Assembly: GCA_903851235.1 (NCBI GenBank)
Contig: CAINNR010000032.1
Coordinates: 25-64,024, forward strand
DNA: 64,000 bases
Direction of reading: 5' to 3'
From: an uncultured Candidatus Berkelbacteria bacterium
GTDB taxonomy: Bacteria > Patescibacteriota > UBA1384 > XYA2-FULL-43-10 > CAINNR01
Part shown: piece by piece, positions 47,541 to 56,919 of the stretch
Layout of the letters: each line of letters opens with the position of its first letter
Position numbering within the stretch: the first letter of the stretch is position 1
Made by a program: the position numbers and the translations under genes
The notes under the pieces: generated by a model
Told to the model about the DNA's origin: nothing
The model's database searches: none
What the model saw: the letters and a program-made list of their open reading frames with translations, nothing else

Positions 47541-47609
47541 TTAAGACGCAATATAATTTCAGAAATTTGTAGGTTAAAACTAAAAATGTTGGCACTTTAC
47601 TCGAAACCC

Positions 47610-47638
47610 TTGACATTATGTAAATAATTTAGTATAGT
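47610..47638 (+). promoter_or_regulatory. Consensus promoter of cassette 14.
   Basis: TTGACA, 17 nt, TATAGT. The leader has an SD (cGGAGGcacaagATG). Confidence 0.6.
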
Positions 47639-47679
47639 TTTTCGTACAAGGTTGTTAATACCGTCTTCGGAGGCACAAG

Positions 47680-47913
47680 ATGACACTCGGACTCATACTG
47701 CTGGTCGCTGGAGTTATTGCATTTTTGGTAGGATTTGCCATTGCAGCGAACAACATGGCTTCAGTCGCCAAGAACCCTGACGACATGCTTGACAGCCAGA
47801 ACAACCCGTTCGTGAAGCATCTTGGCGCCATGGTAGTCATGGCCTTCGGTGGTGGTAGCGCGCTCATCGGCCTTGTCCTAATCGTCATTGCGCTGGTCGG
47901 CAAACACGCGTAG
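47680..47913 (+). CDS. Cassette 14: small GC-rich two-TM membrane protein.
   Basis: 77 aa, MTLGLILLVAGVIAFLVGFAIAA... Confidence 0.55.
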   Translation: MTLGLILLVAGVIAFLVGFAIAANNMASVAKNPDDMLDSQNNPFVKHLGAMVVMAFGGGSALIGLVLIVIALVGKHA

Positions 47914-47966
47914 TAAGCACAACAACAGAGGGGATTCACTAAGAGGGTACGAAGTTGTACTCTCCC

Positions 47967-48017
47967 CCCTCAACATTAAATTGTTCTGATGAGTCGTTGA
48001 AAATTACGACGAAAGGG
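47967..48017 (+). ncRNA. Hammerhead ribozyme (type III), copy 2.
   Basis: CCCU-C|AACA-uuaaau-UGUU-CUGAUGA-G-UCG-uugaaaauua-CGA-C-GAAA-GGG. Helix I is 4 bp; in copy 1 a compensatory change makes it 5 bp. Confidence 0.75.
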
Positions 48018-48021
48018 ATAA

Positions 48022-48112
48022 ACAAATAGTTCTATCATCCTCCATTACCTCTTACCATGAAAAAGTAGCCTTGGAAGCTATTTTTTTGTATATGGCAGAC
48101 CGAATGTAGAAC
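48022..48112 (+). repeat. Boundary element E14.
   Basis: caaatagttctatcatcctccattacctcttaccatgaaaaagtagccttggaagctatttttttgtatatggcagaccgaatgtagaacg. Confidence 0.8.
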
Positions 48113-48136
48113 GTCTGTCCTTCTAGGCTCACAACT

Positions 48137-48165
48137 ATTGACACACTTGGCACTTTTTGTTATAG
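48137..48165 (+). promoter_or_regulatory. Perfect-consensus promoter of cassette 15, duplicated at 62890-62918.
   Basis: aactaTTGACA-cacttggcactttttgt-TATAGT-gatttgcgaagac. The 46-bp segment 48133-48178 is almost identical to 62886-62931. Confidence 0.7.
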
Positions 48166-48196
48166 TGATTTGCGAAGACAGAATCCTGAAAGGATG

Positions 48197-48712
48197 TGTT
48201 TGTTTATGTCCTGCGGATGTCCGAGACCGTTGCTACTAGATGTTGATCTGCCGTTTCTGATCGAGACCGTCTTACCCCACGTGCTGGCCGAGGTTGCCAG
48301 AGTCAGCGACATGCGAGATCGAGAGGGTGGCATGTTCGTGTTGATGCGAGCCGTCACCGGCGAGATCATCGTCGGCCCGAAGCAGGTCGGCCAGATTAAC
48401 AACGGTAAGGAAGATAAGTACGCCGAGTTCGCTCAGGAGAAACCGGTTCGGCTCCTCGAACACCCAGATCACTGTCTGAGCTGGGAGAGTCGAGATCCGG
48501 ACAACAACAAGTGGGGTGGCGCCGTCAATGATGGCCTCTTCGTCTGGTCCTTCTCCGGACTCTCGGAGGAACAGGACGAAGCGCTCGTGCTGATGGCATC
48601 CCATCTCTGCGGCCGCATTCGCAACGGCGACCCCAAGGCAATGGCAGAGATTTCCAATAACAGAATCATCATCGACAATCCCTACCTCTTCTGGTGTCCT
48701 CGGGAGAGTTAG
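48197..48712 (+). CDS. Cassette 15: GC-rich hypothetical protein.
   Basis: About 170 aa (MCLFMSCGCPRPLLLDV...). The start is ambiguous between ATGs at 48197 and 48209; the track uses TTG at 48170. Confidence 0.5.
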   Translation, partial: CLFMSCGCPRPLLLDVDLPFLIETVLPHVLAEVARVSDMRDREGGMFVLMRAVTGEIIVGPKQVGQINNGKEDKYAEFAQEKPVRLLEHPDHCLSWESRDPDNNKWGGAVNDGLFVWSFSGLSEEQDEALVLMASHLCGRIRNGDPKAMAEISNNRIIIDNPYLFWCPRES

Positions 48713-48762
48713 AGTGTCGGCGACACGGGGACTTACCCAAATGGGCACGACCTGTGCCCATT

Positions 48763-48813
48763 CCCTCAACATTAAATTGTTCTGATGAGTCGTTGAAAAT
48801 TACGACGAAAGGG
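48763..48813 (+). ncRNA. Hammerhead ribozyme (type III), copy 3.
   Basis: CCCU-C|AACA-uuaaau-UGUU-CUGAUGA-G-UCG-uugaaaauua-CGA-C-GAAA-GGG. It is preceded by the terminator-like hairpin gggcac-gacct-gtgccc. Confidence 0.75.
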
Positions 48814-48818
48814 ATGAG

Positions 48819-48918
48819 CAAATTGTTCTAGCTTACTACGCTATCTTCCGCCAATAAAAATAGTCGTTCTACGAGAGGTTATTTTTTTGTATATTGCGGA
48901 CCGGATGCAGAACTTTTG
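48819..48918 (+). repeat. Boundary element E15.
   Basis: caaattgttctagcttactacgctatcttccgccaataaaaatagtcgttctacgagaggttatttttttgtatattgcggaccggatgcagaacttttg. Confidence 0.8.
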
Positions 48919-48950
48919 TCTTTATTGACCATTGAAACATCACAAATCTA

Positions 48951-48979
48951 TTGACATTATATGATATACGTGATATATT
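48951..48979 (+). promoter_or_regulatory. Consensus promoter of cassette 16.
   Basis: tctaTTGACA, 17 nt, TATATT. The leader has an SD (taGGAGtctgcaATG). Confidence 0.55.
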
Positions 48980-49048
48980 ACCGAAGTAATATCGGGAACG
49001 GTAGACGTCTGGTATAACATCAAGTAAATTCTCTGATAGGAGTCTGCA

Positions 49049-49282
49049 ATGGCCACGCCTAAGAAAATCGCCATGCTTCTCTTCGGAGCAGGGTACCGTT
49101 TGTCCTTGACAGATGGGCACTACCGCTTCAGCGACAGATCAGGCAAGACGCTGCTTCAGCGCGACCAACCACCATCACGCTTTGATTTCGAAGTTCTTCA
49201 ATTTGCTAAGGGATCTGGGATTATCATCTCGAGCAATACCGATGTTGCCGAAGTAGCACGAGAACTAGCACAGATGGAGTAG
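49049..49282 (+). CDS. Cassette 16: GC-rich hypothetical protein.
   Basis: 77 aa. Terminator cccaccacctagccatatcaggctggtggtttttgtttt at 49295-49333. Confidence 0.5.
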   Translation: MATPKKIAMLLFGAGYRLSLTDGHYRFSDRSGKTLLQRDQPPSRFDFEVLQFAKGSGIIISSNTDVAEVARELAQME

Positions 49283-49354
49283 CGCGACTTGCGACCCACC
49301 ACCTAGCCATATCAGGCTGGTGGTTTTTGTTTTATCGGCCAAAATTATCGAGGC

Positions 49355-49400
49355 AAAAAAATTCTAACTTCCTAGTTGATCTCCGACAATGAAAAATCGC
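49355..49400 (+). repeat. Degenerate boundary element E16 (left half).
   Basis: aaaaaaattctaacttcctagttgatctccgacaatgaaaaat. Confidence 0.45.
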
Positions 49401-49823
49401 GTGCCTGTTGAAATACCAGTTTTTTCATTCTTGTGGCATTTATGGAAATCTGGTTATGAAGGACAAACCTTTATTGTTTTATCCAAAAAACTTCTGAAAT
49501 ATAAAAAAATATATTCAATCTTTGTAAAAATTAATCCTAACCCTTCAAAGGCTGGCGGACATCATTTGCTTAATTTAGCCCTTTGTTAATTAAAGCTTTT
49601 TCAAGGCCAGTGATTTTATAATGGAAAAGTATCAATTTGACAACTATTTCAACCGGTTGTAACATATGAAGTATAATAAGGAAAAATAAACAATACACGA
49701 CTCTCTTTCTTAATTTCTATATTACTAAATACGCCAGAGTTAAGCTGTTGTTTGACCAGTTATTTGCTCCAAAAATACAGTGATTGAGAAAGAAAATATT
49801 ATGATAACAAGGGGAGGTTAAAA

Positions 49824-50090
49824 ATGGGCTGGATTGTATTTATTTTGGTTGGTGCTTTAATCGGCTGGTTAGCCAGTCTTGTTATGAGTACTGACAAGCA
49901 GCAAGGTTCCCTGGCGAATATTGCCATTGGTATTGTTGGTTCACTGCTCGGCAGTTGGTTGTTCGGTTCGGTGCTAGGTATCGGTGGTGCCGTGGTCGCC
50001 GGAACGCTTAGTGTCTGGGGCATTATTTGGGGGGTTTTTGGAGCAGTTGTTCTGATTGCACTTTTGAAAGTGCTGAAGATTTTAAAATAA
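49824..50090 (+). CDS. Cassette 17a: GlsB/YeaQ/YmgE family stress-response membrane protein (transglycosylase-associated protein).
   Basis: '[21 protein letters not shown]...[16 protein letters not shown]' is the family signature. SD GGGGAGG. Confidence 0.75.
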   Translation: MGWIVFILVGALIGWLASLVMSTDKQQGSLANIAIGIVGSLLGSWLFGSVLGIGGAVVAGTLSVWGIIWGVFGAVVLIALLKVLKILK

Positions 50091-50105
50091 TAAAAGGAGG
50101 CAATA

Positions 50106-50534
50106 ATGCCTGTTAACGTTCAAAAGGAAACTACTAAAACCAGTAGTGGACCGGTTTCCGATCAGGTTAGCCAAACATCAACTGCTGCTCAAGTACCAAC
50201 CAGTGGCGAAGTAATAGCTGCAAAGCAAGAAGCGGAGTCAGATAGGGGAAACGCCTGGGTCTGGTACATCGTTGGGGTTATTGATCTGTTGCTTTTGCTA
50301 AGAATAGTCTTCTACCTGGCCGGCGCCGAGTCAGTTGGGTTTGCCAATCTGCTCTACGGTATTACCGGTCCTTTAGTTGCACCCTTCCGTGGGATCTTCC
50401 CCAACCCCGACGCCGCGGGATCTTATTTCGATATGGCCGCTCTTGCTGCCATCGTCATTTTTGCCTTGCTTGGTTGGATAGTATCACGGCTGATAGATTT
50501 AGCCACCAGACCAGCGAATAGCAAGAAAATCTAG
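50106..50534 (+). CDS. Cassette 17b: YggT-like membrane protein with a Thr/Ser/Gln-rich N-terminus.
   Basis: 'LLLLLRIVFYLAG...LLYGITGPLVAPFRGIFPNPDAAGSYFDMAALAAIVIFALL' resembles YggT/Ycf19. Confidence 0.5.
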   Translation: MPVNVQKETTKTSSGPVSDQVSQTSTAAQVPTSGEVIAAKQEAESDRGNAWVWYIVGVIDLLLLLRIVFYLAGAESVGFANLLYGITGPLVAPFRGIFPNPDAAGSYFDMAALAAIVIFALLGWIVSRLIDLATRPANSKKI

Positions 50535-50552
50535 TATCTAGTTTTGAGCTAA

Positions 50553-50650
50553 AAATCATCTCTAACATCGTTTTCTGCCCCCAGACATTAAAAATAGTCG
50601 CTCTGAAAGCGTCTATTTTTAATACTCCAGACCGGATGCAAAACTATAGA
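50553..50650 (+). repeat. Boundary element E18.
   Basis: catctctaacatcgttttctgcccccagacattaaaaatagtcgctctgaaagcgtctatttttaatactccagaccggatgcaaaactatag. Confidence 0.75.
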
Positions 50651-50813
50651 ATATTCTAATTGTATTTGCTAGGATGAAATTATATTGCTTATTAAGTCTT
50701 AATTGATGACTTCTTGGGGTAAATTTTACAAATTTATCATTAAAGTATATACTCAAAAGCAAAGAAGTGGGGGGGCAGATCAAGGCTCCGATTTTTAATT
50801 ATGAAGGGAGATT

Positions 50814-52088
50814 ATGAATCGATCGATCTCAGTAATTGGCTTGGGATATGTTGGCTTACCGCTTGCAATCTTGGCGGATCAGAAAAACTATCATGTAATA
50901 GGCATTGATACTGATCCTAAAAAGATTGCATTGCTAAACAAAAAACTATCACCTTTCCATGATAAAAAAATATCCAAGGATTTAAAAACTAGCGGTATCA
51001 TTGCCAGCCAAGATTATAATAATATCCAAAAATCTTCGATTATAATAATATGTGTTCCCACTCCGGTGAATGATGATCATACTCCAAACCTTAGCCCGGT
51101 TATAAATGCCTGCAAATCACTAGCTCCTTTTTTGCAAAAAGGCCAATTAATCATCCTTGAATCAACTGTTAATCCCGGCGTATCAGAAGATATCGTTCTG
51201 CCAATCTTAGAAAAAATATCAGGATTAAAGTGCGGGCCGGATTTTTCACTGGCTCACTGTCCAGAGAGAATCAACCCAGGTGATAAGAAATGGACTGTTG
51301 AGAATATTCCTAGAGTTATCGGCGCAACGGATGAAACCGGGTTGAAAAGAGCAGCTGAATTCTATCGCTCAATCATCAAAGGTGAAATAAAAGAAATGAA
51401 AACTATCAAAGAAGCAGAGGCTGTAAAAGTGGTTGAAAATTCATTTCGTGATATAAATATTGCTTTCGTCAATGAGCTCGCGATGTCTTTTGACAACCTG
51501 GGTATTGATGTCGTTAATGTCATCAACGGTGCCGCTACCAAACCCTTCGCCTTTATGGCCCACTACCCCGGTTGTGGAGTCGGTGGACATTGTATTCCGG
51601 TTGATCCATACTATCTTATTGAGTACGCTAGAAAGCATGGCTTTCAAAACGACTTTTTGTTGATGGCTCGTAATGTAAATAACAAAATGCCAAAATATAC
51701 TGCTGACAAAGTTTCTGATGAATTAAACCAAAAGAAGATAGCAATCAATGGCACCAAAGTCGCCGTATTGGGTTTGTCGTATAAATCAAATGTTGGTGAT
51801 GATCGGGAAAGTCCGTCATACAAAATCATACAAAATCTCGAAAAACTTGGCGCTGAAGTTGCCAGTTTCGACTCATATATTCCAGACAAATCCAGCGCTA
51901 GCACTCTGGAAGACGCTATCAACGGGGCCAAAGCGGTTGTAATTGCGACCTGCCATAAGGAATTTAGGAAGTTGACGCCAGAATATCTACGATCGTCTGG
52001 AATTGAAGTTGTAGTTGATGGGCGGAATTGCTTAAGTAAGGAGATTTTTTCCAGCTCTGGAATTATATATAAAGGTATTGGGCAGTAA
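50814..52088 (+). CDS. Nucleotide-sugar dehydrogenase (UDP-glucose/GDP-mannose dehydrogenase family).
   Basis: 'ISVIGLGYVGLPLAILADQ' Rossmann N-terminus and the catalytic-Cys region 'GGHCIPVDPYYL'. Confidence 0.85.
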   Translation: MNRSISVIGLGYVGLPLAILADQKNYHVIGIDTDPKKIALLNKKLSPFHDKKISKDLKTSGIIASQDYNNIQKSSIIIICVPTPVNDDHTPNLSPVINACKSLAPFLQKGQLIILESTVNPGVSEDIVLPILEKISGLKCGPDFSLAHCPERINPGDKKWTVENIPRVIGATDETGLKRAAEFYRSIIKGEIKEMKTIKEAEAVKVVENSFRDINIAFVNELAMSFDNLGIDVVNVINGAATKPFAFMAHYPGCGVGGHCIPVDPYYLIEYARKHGFQNDFLLMARNVNNKMPKYTADKVSDELNQKKIAINGTKVAVLGLSYKSNVGDDRESPSYKIIQNLEKLGAEVASFDSYIPDKSSASTLEDAINGAKAVVIATCHKEFRKLTPEYLRSSGIEVVVDGRNCLSKEIFSSSGIIYKGIGQ

Positions 52089-52091
52089 ATA

Positions 52092-53486
52092 ATGAATCTT
52101 TTATTCTCCAAAATTTCTCAGATATTAGACAAATTAATACGAAAAGAGGAAAAGCTCCGGCTTATTCCGCATTTTATTGTTATCTGTATTTTTACATTTC
52201 TAATTGCTAAAGTAGTTTTCAGGTCACCTACTTCCAATACAATATTATTTACTTATGGGATCACGGTCACATCAATATTATTTATGACTTTTACCGTCGC
52301 ATTTATCTTCTACAGGGATCCTTATGAAAAAGCTATGAAGGAAGCTAAAAAACTTTCCAAAATGGCGGACCCATTGGTTAGTTGCATGGTTGCAGTATTT
52401 AATGAAGAAAAAATTATTGAACAATGTGTTTTGTCAATTGTAAATCAAACATATCAGAATAAGGAAGTCATCTTCGTAAATGATAAAAGTACTGATAAAA
52501 CCGGCAAAATTCTCGATCGACTTGAAAAAAAATACAACTTCCGAACAATCCATCTGAAACAGAATCTTGGCAAGAAAGGTGCGCTTGCTCGCGCATGTCA
52601 TGAAGCAAAAGGCGATATACTGGCTTTTTCCGATAGTGATTCAATATGGGCCCCTGATGCGATAGAAAAAATTGTACCAATTTTTAAACACGACTCAAAA
52701 GTGGGGGCAGTTAGCGGTCATACACTGGCATTAAATGCCACTAAAAATCTACTCACAAGAGTCCAAGATTCCTGGTACGAAGGTCAATACTCCATCAGGA
52801 AAGCGTTTGAAAGTGTTTTCGGATGTGTAACTTGTGTTTCAGGTCCCCTAGCCGTTTTTCGTAGAGAAAGTATTTATAATTATATACCGGCATGGGAACA
52901 TGATAAGTTTTTGGGTCAACCATTTCGCTTTGCTACCGATCGAACTCTGACCGGCTTTGTCCTGGGTAGTAAATATATTAGTAAACGCATAAAGAAGAAA
53001 TACGCTACATCACCATTTATGAGCATTGATTATCCAGCGCAGGATTGGAAGATAGTATATTGCAAAGCTGCGCATGCCTGGACAGAAGTACCTGATACTT
53101 TTCGTGGGGTGATAAAACAACAAACGCGTTGGAAGAAGAGTTTTATCCGAAACATTTTTTTCACAGGCCGTTTCTATTGGCATAAACCACTTTTGCCTAC
53201 TCTGGTATATTACTTGCATATTGTCTTTGTTGTACTGGGCCCATTCGTTGTTTTTCGTCATCTAATTTACTTACCACTAAATGGAAATCTGTATTCAATG
53301 TTTCTCTACTTGGCTGGTATCTGTTTTATCGGTTTAATGTTCGGATTGGCAATAAAGCTTGAAGATCCAAAATCTCACCGTTGGATTTATCGACCGCTTA
53401 TGAGTCTGTTTTCAACACTGGTTTTGTCATGGCTTATTTTTTATTCAGCCTTAACTATCCGCAAGATGTTTTGGTCAAGGAATTAG
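52092..53486 (+). CDS. Processive family-2 glycosyltransferase (cellulose/chitin/hyaluronan-synthase-like), membrane-embedded.
   Basis: 'VAVFNEEKIIEQCVLSIVNQTY', 'VNDKSTD', 'FSDSDS', 'QQTRWKKSF' (QxxRW motif). Flanking TM helices. Confidence 0.8.
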   Translation: MNLLFSKISQILDKLIRKEEKLRLIPHFIVICIFTFLIAKVVFRSPTSNTILFTYGITVTSILFMTFTVAFIFYRDPYEKAMKEAKKLSKMADPLVSCMVAVFNEEKIIEQCVLSIVNQTYQNKEVIFVNDKSTDKTGKILDRLEKKYNFRTIHLKQNLGKKGALARACHEAKGDILAFSDSDSIWAPDAIEKIVPIFKHDSKVGAVSGHTLALNATKNLLTRVQDSWYEGQYSIRKAFESVFGCVTCVSGPLAVFRRESIYNYIPAWEHDKFLGQPFRFATDRTLTGFVLGSKYISKRIKKKYATSPFMSIDYPAQDWKIVYCKAAHAWTEVPDTFRGVIKQQTRWKKSFIRNIFFTGRFYWHKPLLPTLVYYLHIVFVVLGPFVVFRHLIYLPLNGNLYSMFLYLAGICFIGLMFGLAIKLEDPKSHRWIYRPLMSLFSTLVLSWLIFYSALTIRKMFWSRN

Positions 53487-53487
53487 T

Positions 53488-56400
53488 GTGAAAATCTTAC
53501 ACTTGAGAAAATTGGAAAAAAAAGCGAAGAAAATTAATAAAAGCAGCGCCAAAAAAGTAAGGCGTTTCTTTCGGAGACCTTCAACTCGCTGGATTGAAGT
53601 TGGAGTTTTTATTTTGTTGCTGCTTATATTCATCATAAAAACCACAAACTACATACATTGGGATGTCTTGAGTCCAGCACATGTTGCAGACTCGATTAAG
53701 AAAACTTTTGTACTAACAAAAAGAGATATTGCTGAGTTAAAATACTTCAAAAAATGTCCGGAAGGAGAGATTAAGGTCGATATCGGTATGAGCTATCTAT
53801 GTAGAGGTGAAACTAGCCCCGGCGTAGACCAAAAGATATATGATACATATCCAATCCACGGTAATGGCCGTGAGATAATTTATCCTTCGCTCGATGATGG
53901 CGATATTCAATCAGCTAATGACTTTGTAAACAACAAAATTGATATCAGTCGATATGATACGGTGTCATTGCCAGATGACCCTCAGTGGGATGAAGACCCA
54001 TATAATGATCGTTATTGGCGTATGAACTATTACAGTTTACGTCCAGTACTGGATCTGCTCTATGCCAGTAGAACAACCCACGACCCAAAGTACAACGATA
54101 AACTAATTACGACAGTTAATAGTTTTGTCACCACCGGCATAAACCGGCCTGACAGCTGGGATGATGCCCATGCAGTTGCTTTCCGGACAATGGCTCTTAC
54201 GGATATTTGGTGGAAAATGCGTGAGGAGCGAATACTTTCTATCGACGAAAGTAACAAGCTGCTAACTGCCCTCGAACAGCATGGTGAATATTTAGCGGAT
54301 CGTAATCATTATGACCCGGGGCAAAACCATGGGACAAACGAAGCAGCGGCGTTATACCTTCTGGCAAATAGTTTTCCTGATCTTCCCGGCTCATCAGGCT
54401 GGCTTAGCGTATCACAAGACAGGATCAATACCAGCATGGATAATCTTATCGATCAAGATGGTGCTTTAACTGAGAACTCTCCTTATTATCATTTCTACAC
54501 ATTACAAAAGTACTGGGATATTTACCAATATTCCAATCAACAGCGGCAGTATTTTAATCCAGAGTTTAAAAATAAACTCTACCAGATGATCTCTTATGCT
54601 ACGTATATCTTACAGCCTGATGACAGCCCCCCTCTCTTAGGGGCTTCACTGCAAACAATAATCAATAAGCATGCTGAATATGGTGAAATGGCTGCGATAG
54701 ATCCGCAATTTTTATATGTTCTTACTCAGGGCAAAAAAGGCAAAAAACCGAAGAATCTTAACAAATTCTATTCTGACACCGGTCAAACCATTATGCGTTC
54801 TGGCTGGGGTATGGGTGATGAGTTTATTAACCAGACTCAACTAATTTATGATGTAGGAGCTTATCGCACGGATCACAGCGATTACGACGCATTGAGTTTT
54901 TCTTTGTACTCAAACGGGATAACGCTTCTGCCTGATTCTGGTTTGTGTACATATGCCCCGGGACCTTACCGTGATTATTTTCATGGTACCGCCGCCCATA
55001 ATACCGTAGTAGTGGATGACAAAGACCAGGCAACGGGTTCAGCTTCGGCTGGTGATTTTGTGACGAATAAAGATTATACCCTGCAGACTGCTCAGCATCA
55101 GCTATATGCGGGCGTAACCCATGAACGCAGCATAATCATGCTGGATAAGTCACACAGCTTGATTATTGATAAGCTGATTTCGGAACAGGTTCATAATTAC
55201 AAGCAAATGTTTCATCTATTTCCAGGTGCTGTCTTTAGTAAAGATGGTTTAACCGTTAAGGGAGTGGGGGATAACCCAGAACAATCCATAACCGTCCAAC
55301 AGTTAAAGACAGATGGTATTACAGAGTCAGATTCTATCAATCAGACTTCTCCACCAGCTGGCATATGCTCAGAGGAGTACAATAGATACGTCCCGTGCGA
55401 ATCGGTTGCCTATAGCCAAAATGGAAAAGATGCTTATTTTGTGACTTTGCTAACCATCGGTAGTGGGGACCCGCAATTCCATGCAACATTAAGTGCAGAC
55501 CAATCAGAAATCACTATTGATCAAAACCACAAACATCTCAATTTCAAAGTCGGCCAGACTGAACAAAAAGCTGAAGTAATAAGGGCAACTGACCCTAAAG
55601 CCCCCGACTTCGCAAAAAACTCTGTGGCGGGATTTGACGACCTAAATAACTGGACTAGCGATCTTGGCACTCTCTCAAAAGATTCAACCTCTGGGGCGGT
55701 GTCTCTTCAACTAGCCGGTACAACAAAAGATCAAACAATGGAGAATAATAAGGTAAATATTGATTTATCTCACGCAAACATGGCGGTGCAAATGCGCATC
55801 ACGAATAGAGTAAACGTAAAAGATTTTGAACTGTCTCTATCTAATAATCACTGGTCAACTTTTGCCACAAACAATATTGATTATGCCTACGGTGCTGATT
55901 ATTATGGAGAATGGATCAACATTTCTCTCGGCAAAGGTACAGAAAGAGACAGGAATGGTCATTGGTCAATAAGTGGCCAATTCGATTGGGGCAAAATCGA
56001 TGGAGTGCGTCTAAAAATCACGGGGAAAGAAAATAGCAACAGTACCGTAGAGTTGGGATCTCTCTACACCACTCCAGAGCAGCAGCAGGGTGGAGTGGTT
56101 ATTGTCTTTGACGATGGTTACGATTCTGTTTTACCGGCAGCTGATTATCTCCGCCAACTGAATCTCAAAGCGAACATCGCTGTAATTGCCAAAGATGTTG
56201 TGACGCCCACGAGAGGATATCTTGGGTTAAATGACCTCAAGAATCTTCAGAATCAATTTGGCTGGAACATTGCAAGCCACTCCTATGATCACGTTGATGC
56301 CGTTCAAGCATATTTTCAGACGGGCGAACTGGATCAATACCAAGCAGATATTCTTGCTGGGGCAAAGTTTCTTTCAGATAATAAAATCGATAGTGCTCCC

Positions 56401-56919
56401 AATTGGTTTATATACCCTCACGGAACCACCAACAGTGCATTAAAAGCTGTAGTAAGTAAATACTACAAGTTTGCCAGAGTTACGACTAATGAGCCCGAGG
56501 TTTATCCTTTCGGTGACCCTTATCTTGTCAAAACTATGTCTGTGCAAAATAATTCGGATGGCTCTGAAGATATAGCTGATCAAAAGGTTGCAACAACGCC
56601 TGATGATGTTGCAAAAGCTGTTAGCGATGCTAAAAACTTTAAGACCACTTTATTCCTAACTTTCCACCGTATCCACTCTAAGCCATCAGACAGGCCAGGT
56701 TATGAGCTGACCGATTTTAAAAAAATCGCCGATAACCTTAAGCAGCAAAATATTTCAGTTTTAACACTTAGTGATCTAGACAAGCAAAATGGTGTTCCGC
56801 TTGATAATAAGATTATTTTTGGCGATAATAAACCTGCACAGTTGTCAATAGAGGTACAAGTTACATCAGACAGCATATTTAAAAGAATTAAAAGCTTATT
56901 CTCATGGCTAAAAATATAA
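53488..56919 (+). CDS. Large membrane-anchored fusion protein: a heparinase II/III-like (polysaccharide lyase or epimerase fold) domain plus a C-terminal NodB-type polysaccharide deacetylase.
   Basis: 1143 aa. N-terminal TM; 'DDAHAVAFRTMALTDIWW'; 'NHGTNEAAALYLLANSF'; C-terminal 'VVIVFDDGYDSVLPAADYL...IASHSYDHVD' (NodB motifs 1-3). Confidence 0.65.
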   Translation: MKILHLRKLEKKAKKINKSSAKKVRRFFRRPSTRWIEVGVFILLLLIFIIKTTNYIHWDVLSPAHVADSIKKTFVLTKRDIAELKYFKKCPEGEIKVDIGMSYLCRGETSPGVDQKIYDTYPIHGNGREIIYPSLDDGDIQSANDFVNNKIDISRYDTVSLPDDPQWDEDPYNDRYWRMNYYSLRPVLDLLYASRTTHDPKYNDKLITTVNSFVTTGINRPDSWDDAHAVAFRTMALTDIWWKMREERILSIDESNKLLTALEQHGEYLADRNHYDPGQNHGTNEAAALYLLANSFPDLPGSSGWLSVSQDRINTSMDNLIDQDGALTENSPYYHFYTLQKYWDIYQYSNQQRQYFNPEFKNKLYQMISYATYILQPDDSPPLLGASLQTIINKHAEYGEMAAIDPQFLYVLTQGKKGKKPKNLNKFYSDTGQTIMRSGWGMGDEFINQTQLIYDVGAYRTDHSDYDALSFSLYSNGITLLPDSGLCTYAPGPYRDYFHGTAAHNTVVVDDKDQATGSASAGDFVTNKDYTLQTAQHQLYAGVTHERSIIMLDKSHSLIIDKLISEQVHNYKQMFHLFPGAVFSKDGLTVKGVGDNPEQSITVQQLKTDGITESDSINQTSPPAGICSEEYNRYVPCESVAYSQNGKDAYFVTLLTIGSGDPQFHATLSADQSEITIDQNHKHLNFKVGQTEQKAEVIRATDPKAPDFAKNSVAGFDDLNNWTSDLGTLSKDSTSGAVSLQLAGTTKDQTMENNKVNIDLSHANMAVQMRITNRVNVKDFELSLSNNHWSTFATNNIDYAYGADYYGEWINISLGKGTERDRNGHWSISGQFDWGKIDGVRLKITGKENSNSTVELGSLYTTPEQQQGGVVIVFDDGYDSVLPAADYLRQLNLKANIAVIAKDVVTPTRGYLGLNDLKNLQNQFGWNIASHSYDHVDAVQAYFQTGELDQYQADILAGAKFLSDNKIDSAPNWFIYPHGTTNSALKAVVSKYYKFARVTTNEPEVYPFGDPYLVKTMSVQNNSDGSEDIADQKVATTPDDVAKAVSDAKNFKTTLFLTFHRIHSKPSDRPGYELTDFKKIADNLKQQNISVLTLSDLDKQNGVPLDNKIIFGDNKPAQLSIEVQVTSDSIFKRIKSLFSWLKI

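Noticed and set aside
49389-49589. 66-aa ORF in the long spacer of the array.
   Set aside because: Low-complexity Lys/Ile-rich product, no RBS, and it overlaps a half boundary element.
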